Source of the DNA: Thermoanaerobaculia bacterium | GTDB lineage: Bacteria; Acidobacteriota; Thermoanaerobaculia; Multivoradales; Multivoraceae | NCBI GenBank assembly: GCA_963666565.1 | Contig: OY762911.1 | Coordinates: forward strand, 1,760,001-1,824,000 | Direction: 5' to 3' | DNA: 64,000 nt | Part shown: piece after piece, positions 27,911 to 37,678 of the stretch | Layout of the letters: each line of letters begins with the position of its first letter | Position numbering within the stretch: position 1 is the first letter of the stretch | Translations under genes and position numbers: made by a program | Notes under the pieces: generated by a model | What the model saw: the letters and a program-made list of their open reading frames with translations, nothing else | Database searches by the model: none | Told to the model about the DNA's origin: nothing

Positions 27911-30900
27911 CCTCCTCCGGTCAGTTGACGTCCACTCAGAGCTTGCCCCGCGGCTCGGTCCAGCAGGGGTTCCGCCTCGCGGAACCGATGCAGCAGCTCC
28001 TCGATCCTCGCCGCGACGTCCAGGGTTTCCCGCTGCAAGGCGGCGTCGACCCGCTGGCCGTTGCGTGCCCGGAGCCAGCGGTGCAGGACGGGGTAGCCGC
28101 TGACGCTGAAGTTCCAGGCGGCTTCCGAGACGCCGGAGAGGACGAGGGAGCGGTCTTCCACCAACGCGACCTGGCCAGCCTGTTCGGCGGCGCCCCGGTC
28201 CGCTCTGAAGGTCTGGCTGCGAACGGGCACGGCGAGTGTGGAGGCCGGCTCGCCATCCAGGCGGGCCCAGCGGAAGTCTCTGGCGGGGTCCGAGGCGAAG
28301 GTCTCCAGTTCGCGGATTCGTGCCCCGAGCCTGGCGGCATCGAGGAACACGTCCTGGTCGGCGGGAAACGGCACGTGGGGAAACTCGTTCTCCAGATCGT
28401 ACGCGAAGCGGGCCGTGTAGTCCGTTGCCGAGAGCAGGGCCAGGATGGCGTGGAAGACCTGCTGGGGCTCGAGATCGAGGCCGTAGGCGCGCGACAGGCC
28501 GGCGGCGGCGCCGTTCAGCATGGAGCGCTTCGCGCCGTCTTCGCGATGGTCGAAGAGAGGAAAGACCCATCCGCCTCCCTGGCCCCTGAACGCATGCTGA
28601 TCCGGCGGGAGGCCGTGGCACCAGACTGCGGGACCTGCGCCCGTACCGTCGTTCAGAGCTTGCAGCGCGCAGTTCTCCTCGCCCCATACCGCTTGAAGAT
28701 CGGGCTTCGGGAAGTCGACGAACTCCCGGCGGTTGTACAGGAACCGCCGGTCGAGTGGCCGGTACGCGGTGCGGCGCGGTGCCGAAGGATCGAAGATCGT
28801 CGAGTGCGCCGGGGCCGCCTTGCGGTCGCGCGTCTCCTTGAACTCGTCGCGGGCCTCCGGCGAAAGAGGGCGCTCCAGCCATTTCTCGACTCGTTCCCGG
28901 AGCCTCTCCCGCGAAAGGGCGTAGGCGAAATGATCGCGATAGGTGACGATGCCGTTCGAACGGAACGTGAACAGCTCGTCCAGAGAGGGCCAGTCCCGGC
29001 CATCGAAGCCGCGAGGGAACAAGGGCGCCATGTCACGACCGCTCGTCTCAGTGAACGTCAGTGTCTCTGGGTCTTCGCAGGCAAGTCGTGCGAGACCGAG
29101 TTTGGCCGGCCGGTCGAAGGCATTCTGTCGCCAGACATCGGCGTATTCGACGGTGGCTTCGCGGTCTGCACCCCGATCGCCATGGGCCTCTGCCAGAAGC
29201 ACGCAGACGCCTACCTCGATGTTGAAGATGTTCTCGTCGCTCGGTATCACCGCGGGACGCGAGGCGCGCTTGTCGCCGCGAAAATCGACGATCCGTATTC
29301 GGTCGAACCGGCGGCGGAGCATCCGCCGCAGCCCGCCGAAGGCTGAACCGACCAGGAACCTCCGATTCGTGATGAAGGCAAGAACCCCGCGACCTGACGC
29401 GCCGTCGGCCTCGAACAGCCGCCATAGCGCCCACCGGTAGAACGCCACGTAGAGGTCCGGAAACGCGTTCAGCGATCGGCCGAACCCCGCGTCTCTTACT
29501 GGCTGTTTCAGGTCGTTCCAGAGACCGTTCATGAAGGGGCCGACCAAGCGCGCGGTTTCGTGGGCCCGAAGACGCTTGTAGGGCGGGTTTCCCATCACGA
29601 CCAGGATCGGCTTGTCCGTCTTGACCTGGTCCGCTGCTCTGCGCTCTTCGATGAGCGGTGCGCTGAGGAAGGCCATGTTCGGCTGAATGCCGGCTTCGGA
29701 GGCGGCCGGCGCCAGCGTGTCGGTCAGAAAGATGGGCAGGCGGTCGCTCTTGCCGCCGCGCCGCGCGATCTCGCGCTGCATCCGGTAGTGGGCGACAGTG
29801 TAGGGCCCGACGAGGAGTTCGAAAGCGTGCGCTCTCTGGGCGAAGGCCGCAACTTCGGCGGCGGCCGCGGCCGACCCGTACTCCCGGTCCGCCCTTTCGG
29901 CGGCCAGCGACGTGGCGGCGATGAGGAACGTGCCGGTGCCGCAGGCCGGATCGAGGAGATTCACGTTCGGGTCGAGCAGCCCGTTCGTCTTGAGGCGATC
30001 CCGGAGCAGCCGCTCCACCTCGGCGACCATCAGGCGGACCACGTCCGGGGGCGTGTAGTAGACGCCGTAGCGCTTCACCGCTTCCGGATCGAAGACTCGG
30101 AGGAAGTCCTCGTACAGGTAGAGCAGCGGATCGCGGCGTTCCGTGGGCTGCAGCAATTCGAGGTCCACCGAGTTCACCGCGTCGACCGCGACGTCGAAGG
30201 CCGCTCCGAGCACCCGGCGGATCTCCTCCACGGTCAGGGCGCGGAGCGTGCCCCGAAGCAAGGGGAAGCTGCTCTCGGGCAGCAGTTCGTGAGCGTGGGG
30301 TCCGACATCCTCTCCGCTGCTGTCGCGAGCCAGGAGCAAGCCGAAGACGAGAGTCTGCGCGAAGGCGTTGGAGAAGAGGGAGTTCTCGTCGGTGGGGTCG
30401 TAGCCGCCGGCTTCCGCCCGGGCGAACAGGGTCTGGAGGAAGTCGACCCGGAGATCGGAGACGACGGGGTCCACGGCGCCGCTTCGGCAGTGGTCCGACA
30501 CCACCTCCCGGACCAGACGCGCCGCGTGAGCGAGGTTCGTCGCCGCCTCCGCCGGAGTCTCGGGGATGGACGGCTCGGCGCTCGCCAGCGTCTGGAGGAT
30601 TGCGCGGAGTCCTCCGCTGTCGTGATTGCGGACGATCCGGTTCGCCCGGCGGTCGGGCGTCTCCGGATCGAGCGCGGTCGCAGGCACGACGAGCGCCTCG
30701 GCTTCCATCTCGTCCCGTCGGTAGAGCTGGATCCGTTCGAAGTTGCAGAGCGCCCAGAGCGGGAGGTTGGAGAATCGGGCGAACTGCTCCCTGTTGTGTC
30801 CCGTGAACTTCCTGGGCGCCAGGCGAAGTGTCGGCGCCTTGAGCTCGATGAAGGCTCGTACCGGACTGCCTTCGTGGACGAAGGCCAGATCGGGTCGTCC

Positions 30901-31098
30901 GATGCCGGGCCGGCGGTACTCGGGAAGAACCCGGGGCGGCTTCGGGGATACCTGGGCCAGGACGGCCTCGACGAGGGTCTGGAACCTCGGCGCCAGGAGC
31001 GGTTCGAGGCCGGCGCCGTCGCTTGCCGGCGGGTTCGCCTTCCGGTCTCTCCGTACGGTGCGGGCGAACTCTTGGAGTGCCTGGATGACTTTCTGCAC
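27907..31098 (-). CDS. Single-polypeptide restriction-modification enzyme (type IIG/IIL-like; N6-adenine MTase + type ISP-like specificity domain; no helicase)
   Basis: N-terminal PE...RPD...IELK nuclease motif; GVYYTP, LDPACGTGTF, GNPPY, ENIFNI; C-terminal YRPLDRR, FPHVPFP, VSGYPVLHRWL. Confidence 0.88.
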   Translation of the reverse strand: MQKVIQALQEFARTVRRDRKANPPASDGAGLEPLLAPRFQTLVEAVLAQVSPKPPRVLPEYRRPGIGRPDLAFVHEGSPVRAFIELKAPTLRLAPRKFTGHNREQFARFSNLPLWALCNFERIQLYRRDEMEAEALVVPATALDPETPDRRANRIVRNHDSGGLRAILQTLASAEPSIPETPAEAATNLAHAARLVREVVSDHCRSGAVDPVVSDLRVDFLQTLFARAEAGGYDPTDENSLFSNAFAQTLVFGLLLARDSSGEDVGPHAHELLPESSFPLLRGTLRALTVEEIRRVLGAAFDVAVDAVNSVDLELLQPTERRDPLLYLYEDFLRVFDPEAVKRYGVYYTPPDVVRLMVAEVERLLRDRLKTNGLLDPNVNLLDPACGTGTFLIAATSLAAERADREYGSAAAAAEVAAFAQRAHAFELLVGPYTVAHYRMQREIARRGGKSDRLPIFLTDTLAPAASEAGIQPNMAFLSAPLIEERRAADQVKTDKPILVVMGNPPYKRLRAHETARLVGPFMNGLWNDLKQPVRDAGFGRSLNAFPDLYVAFYRWALWRLFEADGASGRGVLAFITNRRFLVGSAFGGLRRMLRRRFDRIRIVDFRGDKRASRPAVIPSDENIFNIEVGVCVLLAEAHGDRGADREATVEYADVWRQNAFDRPAKLGLARLACEDPETLTFTETSGRDMAPLFPRGFDGRDWPSLDELFTFRSNGIVTYRDHFAYALSRERLRERVEKWLERPLSPEARDEFKETRDRKAAPAHSTIFDPSAPRRTAYRPLDRRFLYNRREFVDFPKPDLQAVWGEENCALQALNDGTGAGPAVWCHGLPPDQHAFRGQGGGWVFPLFDHREDGAKRSMLNGAAAGLSRAYGLDLEPQQVFHAILALLSATDYTARFAYDLENEFPHVPFPADQDVFLDAARLGARIRELETFASDPARDFRWARLDGEPASTLAVPVRSQTFRADRGAAEQAGQVALVEDRSLVLSGVSEAAWNFSVSGYPVLHRWLRARNGQRVDAALQRETLDVAARIEELLHRFREAEPLLDRAAGQALSGRQLTGGG

Positions 31099-31200
31099 GG
31101 TGGATCGCCTGAGGCGATGGGCCGGGCGAGCATAGCGCCCGACGCGGTACGCTTGACCCCTTGGCCGGCGGACGACTTACCGGCCCGAGAGAGGAGCCCC

Positions 31201-32655
31201 GTGAGCGTGAGAGAGACGTACTTGGCCAGCGACGGGCTGGCGCTGGCCGAGCTGCTGCGGTCGGGGGAACTGGCGCCGGCCGAGGCCGTCGAGTGCGCGG
31301 CCGAACTGGCCGCCGAGCTGAACGGCGATCTGAACGCGATCGTCTGTTCCGACTTCGAGCGGGCGGCGGCCGCGGCGCCGGCGGCGGTCGAGGCGGGCGG
31401 GCCGTTCGCGGGCGTGCCCTACCTGCTGAAGGACCTCTACGCCAACGCGACGGGCCTGCCGCTGACGAACGGCAGCCGCCTGTTCGCGGACAACGTGCCG
31501 GACCACGACTCGGAGATGGTGAGCCGCTACCGGCGGGCGGGGCTCTTGATCGCGGGCCGCACGGCATCGCCCGAGTTCGGGCTGACGACCAGCACCGAGT
31601 CGGCGATCTTCGGGCAGACCCGCAACCCCTGGGACCTGGAGCGCATTGCCGGGGGCTCCTCGGGCGGCGCGGCGGCGGCCGTTGCCGCCGGCATCGTGCC
31701 GGCCGCGCACGCCAGCGACGGGGGCGGGTCGATTCGCATCCCGGCCTCGTGCTGCGGGCTCTTCGGCCTCAAGCCGAGCCGCGCCCGGGTCTCCCTGGCG
31801 CCGGACGCCGGCGAGGGCTGGGCCGGCTTCTCGGGGCAGCACTGCGTGAGCCGGACGGTCCGGGACAGCGCCGCGCTGCTCGACGCGGTTGCCGGTCCGG
31901 TCGCGGGAGACCCCTACTGGGCGCCGCAGCCGGCACGGAGTTTCCTTGAGGAAGCCGGGCGCGAACCGGGAACGTTGAGGATCGCGCTGACGGTGGAGGC
32001 GTTCAACGGCGCCCCGGTCGACGAGGCTTGCGCCGCGGCGGCCCGTGCCGCGGCCGACCTCTGCGCCCGGCTGGGACACGAAGTGGTCGAGGCGGCGCCG
32101 GAGGTTGACGCCCACGCGCTCGGCCTCGCGACCCGCCTGATCGTCGGCGCGAACGTGCGGGCCACGGTCGCCGAGCGCTGCGAAGTTCTCGGCCGCGAGC
32201 CCCGGGACGACGAACTGGAGCCGATCACCCGGGCCACCGCGGCCACCGGCGAGCAGAGCGACGCCGCCGCCTACGCGCGGGCGACCCGCACGGTTCAAGC
32301 GACCGGCCGCCGGCTCGCCGCGTTCTTCGGCGAGGGCTTCGATGTCCTGCTGTCGCCGACGATGGCGGCGCCGCCGGCAAGGCTCGGCGTGCTGTCGCTC
32401 TCGAACCTGGGCGACGACTACCTGCCGGCGCTCCTGCGGACGATCGGTTTCACCCAGTTGATGAACGTGTGCGGCAACCCCGCCGCCTCGGTGCCGCTCG
32501 GCTGGGCCGGCCCGGACGGCGGCCTGCCGGTCGGCGTCCAGATCGCGGCACCGGTCGGCGGCGAGGGCGTGCTGCTGCGGCTGGCGGCGCAGCTCGAGCG
32601 GGAGAGTCCCTGGATCGACCGGAAGCCGCCCTGCTCGGCCTGGCGGCGCGGCTAG
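31201..32655 (+). CDS. Amidase-signature family enzyme
   Basis: [44 protein letters not shown]. Confidence 0.93.
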   Translation: MSVRETYLASDGLALAELLRSGELAPAEAVECAAELAAELNGDLNAIVCSDFERAAAAAPAAVEAGGPFAGVPYLLKDLYANATGLPLTNGSRLFADNVPDHDSEMVSRYRRAGLLIAGRTASPEFGLTTSTESAIFGQTRNPWDLERIAGGSSGGAAAAVAAGIVPAAHASDGGGSIRIPASCCGLFGLKPSRARVSLAPDAGEGWAGFSGQHCVSRTVRDSAALLDAVAGPVAGDPYWAPQPARSFLEEAGREPGTLRIALTVEAFNGAPVDEACAAAARAAADLCARLGHEVVEAAPEVDAHALGLATRLIVGANVRATVAERCEVLGREPRDDELEPITRATAATGEQSDAAAYARATRTVQATGRRLAAFFGEGFDVLLSPTMAAPPARLGVLSLSNLGDDYLPALLRTIGFTQLMNVCGNPAASVPLGWAGPDGGLPVGVQIAAPVGGEGVLLRLAAQLERESPWIDRKPPCSAWRRG

Positions 32656-32661
32656 CAACCG

Positions 32662-33546
32662 GTGAAGAGACCGCGGCGGACACCCCGGCGCCCGGCGCGC
32701 TTCGCGGCGCCGGCGCTTCTTGCCGCCCTGGCCTGGCCGGCGGCGGCCGCCGACGCTCCGCCCTGGCAGCGGCTCGAGTTCCGGGCCCAGAAGCTCTTCC
32801 TGTCCGCCGACGCGGCGGTGGAGTTCGATCCCGCCGCGGCGCTACCGGCGGACGACCGCTGCGGCGGCGAGCCGCCGATGCCCGGCTCGGCCGCGCGGAT
32901 CCGGATCGAGTCCGCCATGTTCGGCCGGCGCAGCGAGTCGTCGCTGTGGTTTCAGCCGGAGAGCCTGAAGGCGCATCTCCGCGTCCAGGAGGAGCGGGGA
33001 AGCCGGAACCGCTACAAGCTGTACGCGTTCTGCCGCGGCAGCGTGGAGGCGGAGCGGGCGACGCCGAATCCCGGCGAGGCCGATCTGCCCGTGGCGGAAT
33101 GGACCCACCGCTATCCGCTCCATCATCCGGTTCCGCCCGGACTCGAAGCGCCGCTCTCGGAGCCGTCGGCGTTGCTTCGTCTCGTCGGCCGGCTGGCGGC
33201 CCTGCCGGCGGCCGGCGGCGCGGAAGGGCCCTGGACGGTGCCGATGTTCTCGAATCGCCAGGTGCTCGCGGTGCGCATCGAGCGGGATCCGGAGACCGTC
33301 GCGGCGCCGCCCGCGTTCACGGTGGACGGCGGCCCGGCGCCGGCGGAGGTGACCCTGGTTCGCTTCGCGATGACCCCCGAAGCGGTCGGGCCGGAGGGAA
33401 GCGCCGAGGACTTCGAGTTGCTGGGCCTGGAAGGGGCGATCGAGATCGTCGTGGCGAAGGAACTCCAGGCGCCGGTGTCGATCGGCGGCCGCCTCCCGCC
33501 CGCGGGACGGGTCACGGTTCGGCTGCGCCACGTCAAGCTGCGGTAG
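32662..33546 (+). CDS. Hypothetical secreted protein
   Basis: Arg-rich N-region and signal peptide ending AAA-D; gene-like codon bias; fills the gap between amidase and regulator. Confidence 0.65.
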   Translation: MKRPRRTPRRPARFAAPALLAALAWPAAAADAPPWQRLEFRAQKLFLSADAAVEFDPAAALPADDRCGGEPPMPGSAARIRIESAMFGRRSESSLWFQPESLKAHLRVQEERGSRNRYKLYAFCRGSVEAERATPNPGEADLPVAEWTHRYPLHHPVPPGLEAPLSEPSALLRLVGRLAALPAAGGAEGPWTVPMFSNRQVLAVRIERDPETVAAPPAFTVDGGPAPAEVTLVRFAMTPEAVGPEGSAEDFELLGLEGAIEIVVAKELQAPVSIGGRLPPAGRVTVRLRHVKLR

Positions 33547-33556
33547 GGTCCCGCCC

Positions 33557-34216
33557 GTGGGGTCCGAAGGCGCCGGGAACGTGGATCGGGTTCGCGAGGA
33601 GTTCGTGCAGCTCTGGGGGGCGCTGGGCACCTTCTGGGGCGTGCCGCCGACCACGGCGCGGGTCTTCGGCTGGCTGATGGCGCGCAGCGAACCCGCCGAC
33701 GCCCAGGAGATCATGGCGGGCTTGGAGCTCAGCCGCGGCGCGGTCTCCATGGCCTGCAAGGATCTGCGCGAGTGGAAGCTGATCGCTCCCGAGCGGGTGC
33801 CCGGCACCCGCCGGGTCGTCTACCGGCCGGAGACCGACCTGGAGCGCGTGCTCCGGAACGTCGTTCACGTCCGCAAGCGGCGCGAGTGGGACCCGATTCG
33901 CGAGAACATGCGGGACTGGATTCCGGCCCTGGAAGCCTCGTCCTCCGCCGGAGAAGCGGCCTCTCCCGAGAACGAGGTGTTTCTGAAGCGCCTGCGGGCC
34001 ATCGACCAGGTCATGGGACGCGCGGACGCGATCGCGGAGTTCCTGCTCAACGGCGGCACGGTGACGGACTTCGGCCTCAAGGTCCTGCTGGGAGCGGGAG
34101 GGGTTGCCGCGCGGCTCGGCAACCTCGCGTTCCGCGAGGCGCAATCGTTCTCGGGCAAGTCCGCGCCGCCGGTGGAACCGGTGGCGGACCTCGACCCGGA
34201 GGAGCAGGAGAGTTGA
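33557..34216 (+). CDS. GbsR/MarR-family transcriptional regulator
   Basis: FVQLWGALGTFWGVPPTTARVFGWL...EIMAGLELSRGAVSMACKDLREWKLI; RKRREWDP. Confidence 0.85.
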   Translation: MGSEGAGNVDRVREEFVQLWGALGTFWGVPPTTARVFGWLMARSEPADAQEIMAGLELSRGAVSMACKDLREWKLIAPERVPGTRRVVYRPETDLERVLRNVVHVRKRREWDPIRENMRDWIPALEASSSAGEAASPENEVFLKRLRAIDQVMGRADAIAEFLLNGGTVTDFGLKVLLGAGGVAARLGNLAFREAQSFSGKSAPPVEPVADLDPEEQES

Positions 34217-35370
34217 CCGTCCCGGCGGATCGCCCGGCCGGGCGGGTCGTGGACGACGAGGTGCTCGGGCGCCTCCGCGACCTCTGCGACGACGGGGGCC
34301 TGCACGACCTGGCCGCGACGATCGGCGACTTGGCGGGTTTCGTGCGGGACGACCTCGCCGGGGTCGAGGACGATCTGGCGGCGCTGTCGACCGGCGGCAC
34401 GCTGGTCGGCGAGGCGGGCGCTTCCCTGGTCCACCTGGGCGGCAAGCGGCTCCGGCCGCTGTGCGTGCTGCTGGCGTCGCGGGTCGGGTCGGCGCCGGCC
34501 TCGGCGGTGCGCGACATCGCGGTGGCGGCCGAGCTGGTCCACAACGCCACCCTGCTGCACGACGACGTGGTCGACCACGCGGACCGGCGTCGCGGGCGGC
34601 CGACGGCGCGGGTCGAACTGGGCAACGCGGCCTCGATCTTCGCCGGCGACTATCTCCTGATCGAGGCGCTGAACCGCGTGCAGCGGGCCGGCGTTCCGGG
34701 CGTCATGGAGGGCCTGCTCGCGACGATCGCCGAGATGATCCGCGCCGAGTCCCTCCAGCTCGAGAACCGCGGCTCTCTCGACGCGTCCGAGGATCTCTAC
34801 TTCGAGGTCGCCCGGGGCAAGTCGGCGGCCCTGTTTCGCTGGGCGCTGGGCGCCGGCGCGGCGAGCGGCGGCGCTTCGCCCGAGCTCTGCGGCGCGCTCC
34901 AGGCCTACGGCGAGTCGATCGGGATCGCGTTCCAGTTGATCGACGACCTGCTCGACCTGGTCGGGCACCACAGCAACACCGGCAAGACCCTGTTCAGCGA
35001 CCTGTCCGAGGGCAAGATCACCTATCCGCTGATCGTCGCGCTGGAGCGCGAGCCGGAGCTCATGGACACCGTTCGCGCCATGGCCGTCGAGGCGGTTTCG
35101 TCGTGGGACGGCGACGGGCGCCCGCTCGGCGGCCCGGGCTCGAACGGCGACGGTTCGGGGAACGGACACCCGGGCTGCGCCAACGGGGCGGGCCGGGGGC
35201 GCGAGCGCGTCCTGGAAGCGATGGCGCGCCACGGCGTGGAGTCCGTCTGCCGCGACCTGGCCGCGACCTACGCGGACGAGGGGATCGAGGCCCTGGCGGG
35301 TGTTCCCGACGGGGCCGCGCGCCGCGCCCTGACCGTCGTGGCGCGGGCCAGCGTCCTGCGGGAACGATGA
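34213..35370 (+). CDS. Polyprenyl (octa/heptaprenyl) diphosphate synthase
   Basis: GGKRLRP, LLHDDVVD..RRG (FARM), AFQLIDDLLD (SARM), GKITYP. Confidence 0.92.
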   Translation: MTVPADRPAGRVVDDEVLGRLRDLCDDGGLHDLAATIGDLAGFVRDDLAGVEDDLAALSTGGTLVGEAGASLVHLGGKRLRPLCVLLASRVGSAPASAVRDIAVAAELVHNATLLHDDVVDHADRRRGRPTARVELGNAASIFAGDYLLIEALNRVQRAGVPGVMEGLLATIAEMIRAESLQLENRGSLDASEDLYFEVARGKSAALFRWALGAGAASGGASPELCGALQAYGESIGIAFQLIDDLLDLVGHHSNTGKTLFSDLSEGKITYPLIVALEREPELMDTVRAMAVEAVSSWDGDGRPLGGPGSNGDGSGNGHPGCANGAGRGRERVLEAMARHGVESVCRDLAATYADEGIEALAGVPDGAARRALTVVARASVLRER

Positions 35371-36128
35371 TGACGCTGGCTTCGCCGCTGGCCGGCCGCG
35401 GCGACGGGTCGGGCGCGATGTTCGACGGGATCGCCGCCCGCTACGACCTGCTGAACCGCCTGAACTCCCTCGGACTGGATCGGGGCTGGCGCCGGGCGGC
35501 GGCGGAGGCGCTGGCGCCGGCCGCGGCCGCCGGCCGGCCGCCGCGCATGCTGGACGTCGCGTCCGGCACGGGTGACCTGGCGATCGCCATGGCGAGGCGG
35601 TTTCCGTCGGCGGTCGTCGACGGGGTCGACGCGTCGGCCGCGATGACTTCCATCGGCCGGGAGAAGGTCGAGCGGGCCGGCCTCGCGGACCGCGTTACCC
35701 TGGCGGCTGGCGACGCCCGGGACCTGGGTTTCCCCGACCGCTGCTTCGACGCGGCGGCGATCGCCTTCGGCATTCGCAACGTCCCCGACCGGCCGCGCGC
35801 TCTGCGCGAGCTGGCGAGGGTGACGAGGCCGGGCGGCCGCGTCGCGGTGCTCGAACTCGGCGAGCCGCCCGCGGGACCGCTGGCGGCGCTCGCCCGCTTC
35901 CACATCCGCGTCGTCGTGCCCCTGATGGGGGCGCTTCTCGCCGGCGGCGAGGAGTACCGGTACCTGCGGCGGTCGATTCGCGCGTTTCCCCCCGCGCCGG
36001 AGTTCGCGCGGACGATGGCCGCCGCCGGCCTCCAGCCGGTGGAGACGCGGCCACTGACCCTCGGGGTGTGCAACCTCTTCGTGGCCAGCCCGGCCGGCGC
36101 GCGGGCCTCCCGGGGCGCGGTCTCTTGA
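35367..36128 (+). CDS. menG: Demethylmenaquinone methyltransferase (UbiE/MenG)
   Basis: MFDGIAARYDLLNRLNSLG, LDVASGTGD, AFGIRNV, YRYLRRSIRAFP. Confidence 0.92.
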   Translation: MMTLASPLAGRGDGSGAMFDGIAARYDLLNRLNSLGLDRGWRRAAAEALAPAAAAGRPPRMLDVASGTGDLAIAMARRFPSAVVDGVDASAAMTSIGREKVERAGLADRVTLAAGDARDLGFPDRCFDAAAIAFGIRNVPDRPRALRELARVTRPGGRVAVLELGEPPAGPLAALARFHIRVVVPLMGALLAGGEEYRYLRRSIRAFPPAPEFARTMAAAGLQPVETRPLTLGVCNLFVASPAGARASRGAVS

Positions 36129-37678
36129 CTTCGCCGGCCGTCGGACCGCGTTCGGGTCGGGAGGCGCTGCCGCCGCGTCCCGGGCTCCTGGCGGTGGCCG
36201 TGGGAGCTCCGCGGGTCGCTCCCGAGGACTTCCTCCGGCTGGCTTCCCGGCGGTTTCGCGAGCACGGTCCGGCGGGGCATCTGTGGTCGCCGTCCGAAGG
36301 GATGCAGTGCGCCGGCTGGGGCGTGGCGCGCCGTTTCGAGGTCGGCGCGGGGGCGGAGACCGCCGGATTCGCGGCCGCGAACGGGGACGGCGGCGGGGAG
36401 CGCGCGGCTCGCGGCGCTCCCGCGCCCCGCGCGACGCTCGACCGGGTCGTCGCCCGGGCCTCCGTTCTGTTCCGCGAACTGGCCGGCGAGGACGACGTGC
36501 CGTTGCGGCTCTTCGGCGGGCTCGCGTTCGATCCGGGCGCGAACGGCGCCGCCGCCTCGACGGACTGGGACGAGTTCGGCGCCGGCAGCTTCGTTCTGCC
36601 GCGGCTGGGCTACGCCGCCGGCGCGGATGCCGCGCACCTGTATGCGGTCGTCGACCCCGCGGCCGGCGAGGCGGCGCGGGAGTGGCGGCGCCGCCTGCGG
36701 CGCCTGGCGGAAGAGCTCGATCCGGCGGGCGGATCCGGCGGCGGCGCGAACGGCAAGGGGAACCTGGGCGAGCTGCCGGAGGCGGTCCAGGCTTCGAACG
36801 GCCTGCCGGAGATCCTCCTCGGCAGCGACCGCCCGGCCGCCTCGGAGTGGCTTCGCCGGGTCGACGAGCTGCGCCGGGAGGTCCGCTTCGGGCGGCTGGA
36901 GAAGGTCGTCGCGGCGCGGGCCGTCGAACTCGATCTCGACCGGCCGTTCGGCATCGACGATCTGGCCCGCATCGCCGGGCGGCTTCGGCAAGCCATGCCG
37001 ACCTGCACCCGCTTCGCCTTCCTGCGCGGCGGCTCGATCTTCTTCGGCGCGACGCCGGAATTGCTGGTCCGTCGCCGGGGCCGCCGGATCGAAACCCAGG
37101 CGCTGGCCGGTTCGATCGCCAGCGATCCTTCGCCGGAGCGCCGCCGCGAACTGGAGCGGCGTCTGCTCGCGAGCGCGAAGGACCGGCTGGAGCACGACGT
37201 CGTCGTGCGCTACCTCGTCGAGCGCCTCGACCGGAGCTGCGGCGCGGTGGTGCCCCCGGCCGCGCCGGGAGTCCGCGTTCTGCCGAACCTGATGCACCTG
37301 GAGACGCCGATTCGCGCCGCGCTGCCGGAGACCGTGGAACCGCCGCACGTGCTGCGGCTGGTGCGCGCGCTGCACCCGACGCCGGCGGTCGCGGGCAGGC
37401 CGACCGCCCCCGCCCTGGCGGCCATCCGCCGCACCGAGGACCGGGACCGGGGCTGGTACGCCGGCCCCGTCGGGTGGTTCGACGGCAGCGGCGACGGCGA
37501 GTTCTCCGTGGCGCTGCGCTCCTGTCTGGCGACCGGGCGGCGCGGCCTGCTCTACTCGGGCAACGGCATCGTCGCCGACTCCGACCCGGCGCGCGAGCTG
37601 GCCGAGACGAACCTCAAGCTGGACGCGATTCTCGGAGCATGGGGCCAGGAGTCCGCGCGGCGCCAGCGGCACGGGTGA
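36125..37678 (+). CDS. menF: Isochorismate synthase
   Basis: KVVAAR, FGATPELL, ALAGS, KDRLEH, LHPTPAVAG, RGWYAGPVGW, VALRS, ELAET..K. Confidence 0.9.
   Translation: MTSPAVGPRSGREALPPRPGLLAVAVGAPRVAPEDFLRLASRRFREHGPAGHLWSPSEGMQCAGWGVARRFEVGAGAETAGFAAANGDGGGERAARGAPAPRATLDRVVARASVLFRELAGEDDVPLRLFGGLAFDPGANGAAASTDWDEFGAGSFVLPRLGYAAGADAAHLYAVVDPAAGEAAREWRRRLRRLAEELDPAGGSGGGANGKGNLGELPEAVQASNGLPEILLGSDRPAASEWLRRVDELRREVRFGRLEKVVAARAVELDLDRPFGIDDLARIAGRLRQAMPTCTRFAFLRGGSIFFGATPELLVRRRGRRIETQALAGSIASDPSPERRRELERRLLASAKDRLEHDVVVRYLVERLDRSCGAVVPPAAPGVRVLPNLMHLETPIRAALPETVEPPHVLRLVRALHPTPAVAGRPTAPALAAIRRTEDRDRGWYAGPVGWFDGSGDGEFSVALRSCLATGRRGLLYSGNGIVADSDPARELAETNLKLDAILGAWGQESARRQRHG

Noticed and set aside
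27430-31200. RM locus as an integrative element
   Set aside because: No integrase, transposase, tRNA or flanking direct repeats found
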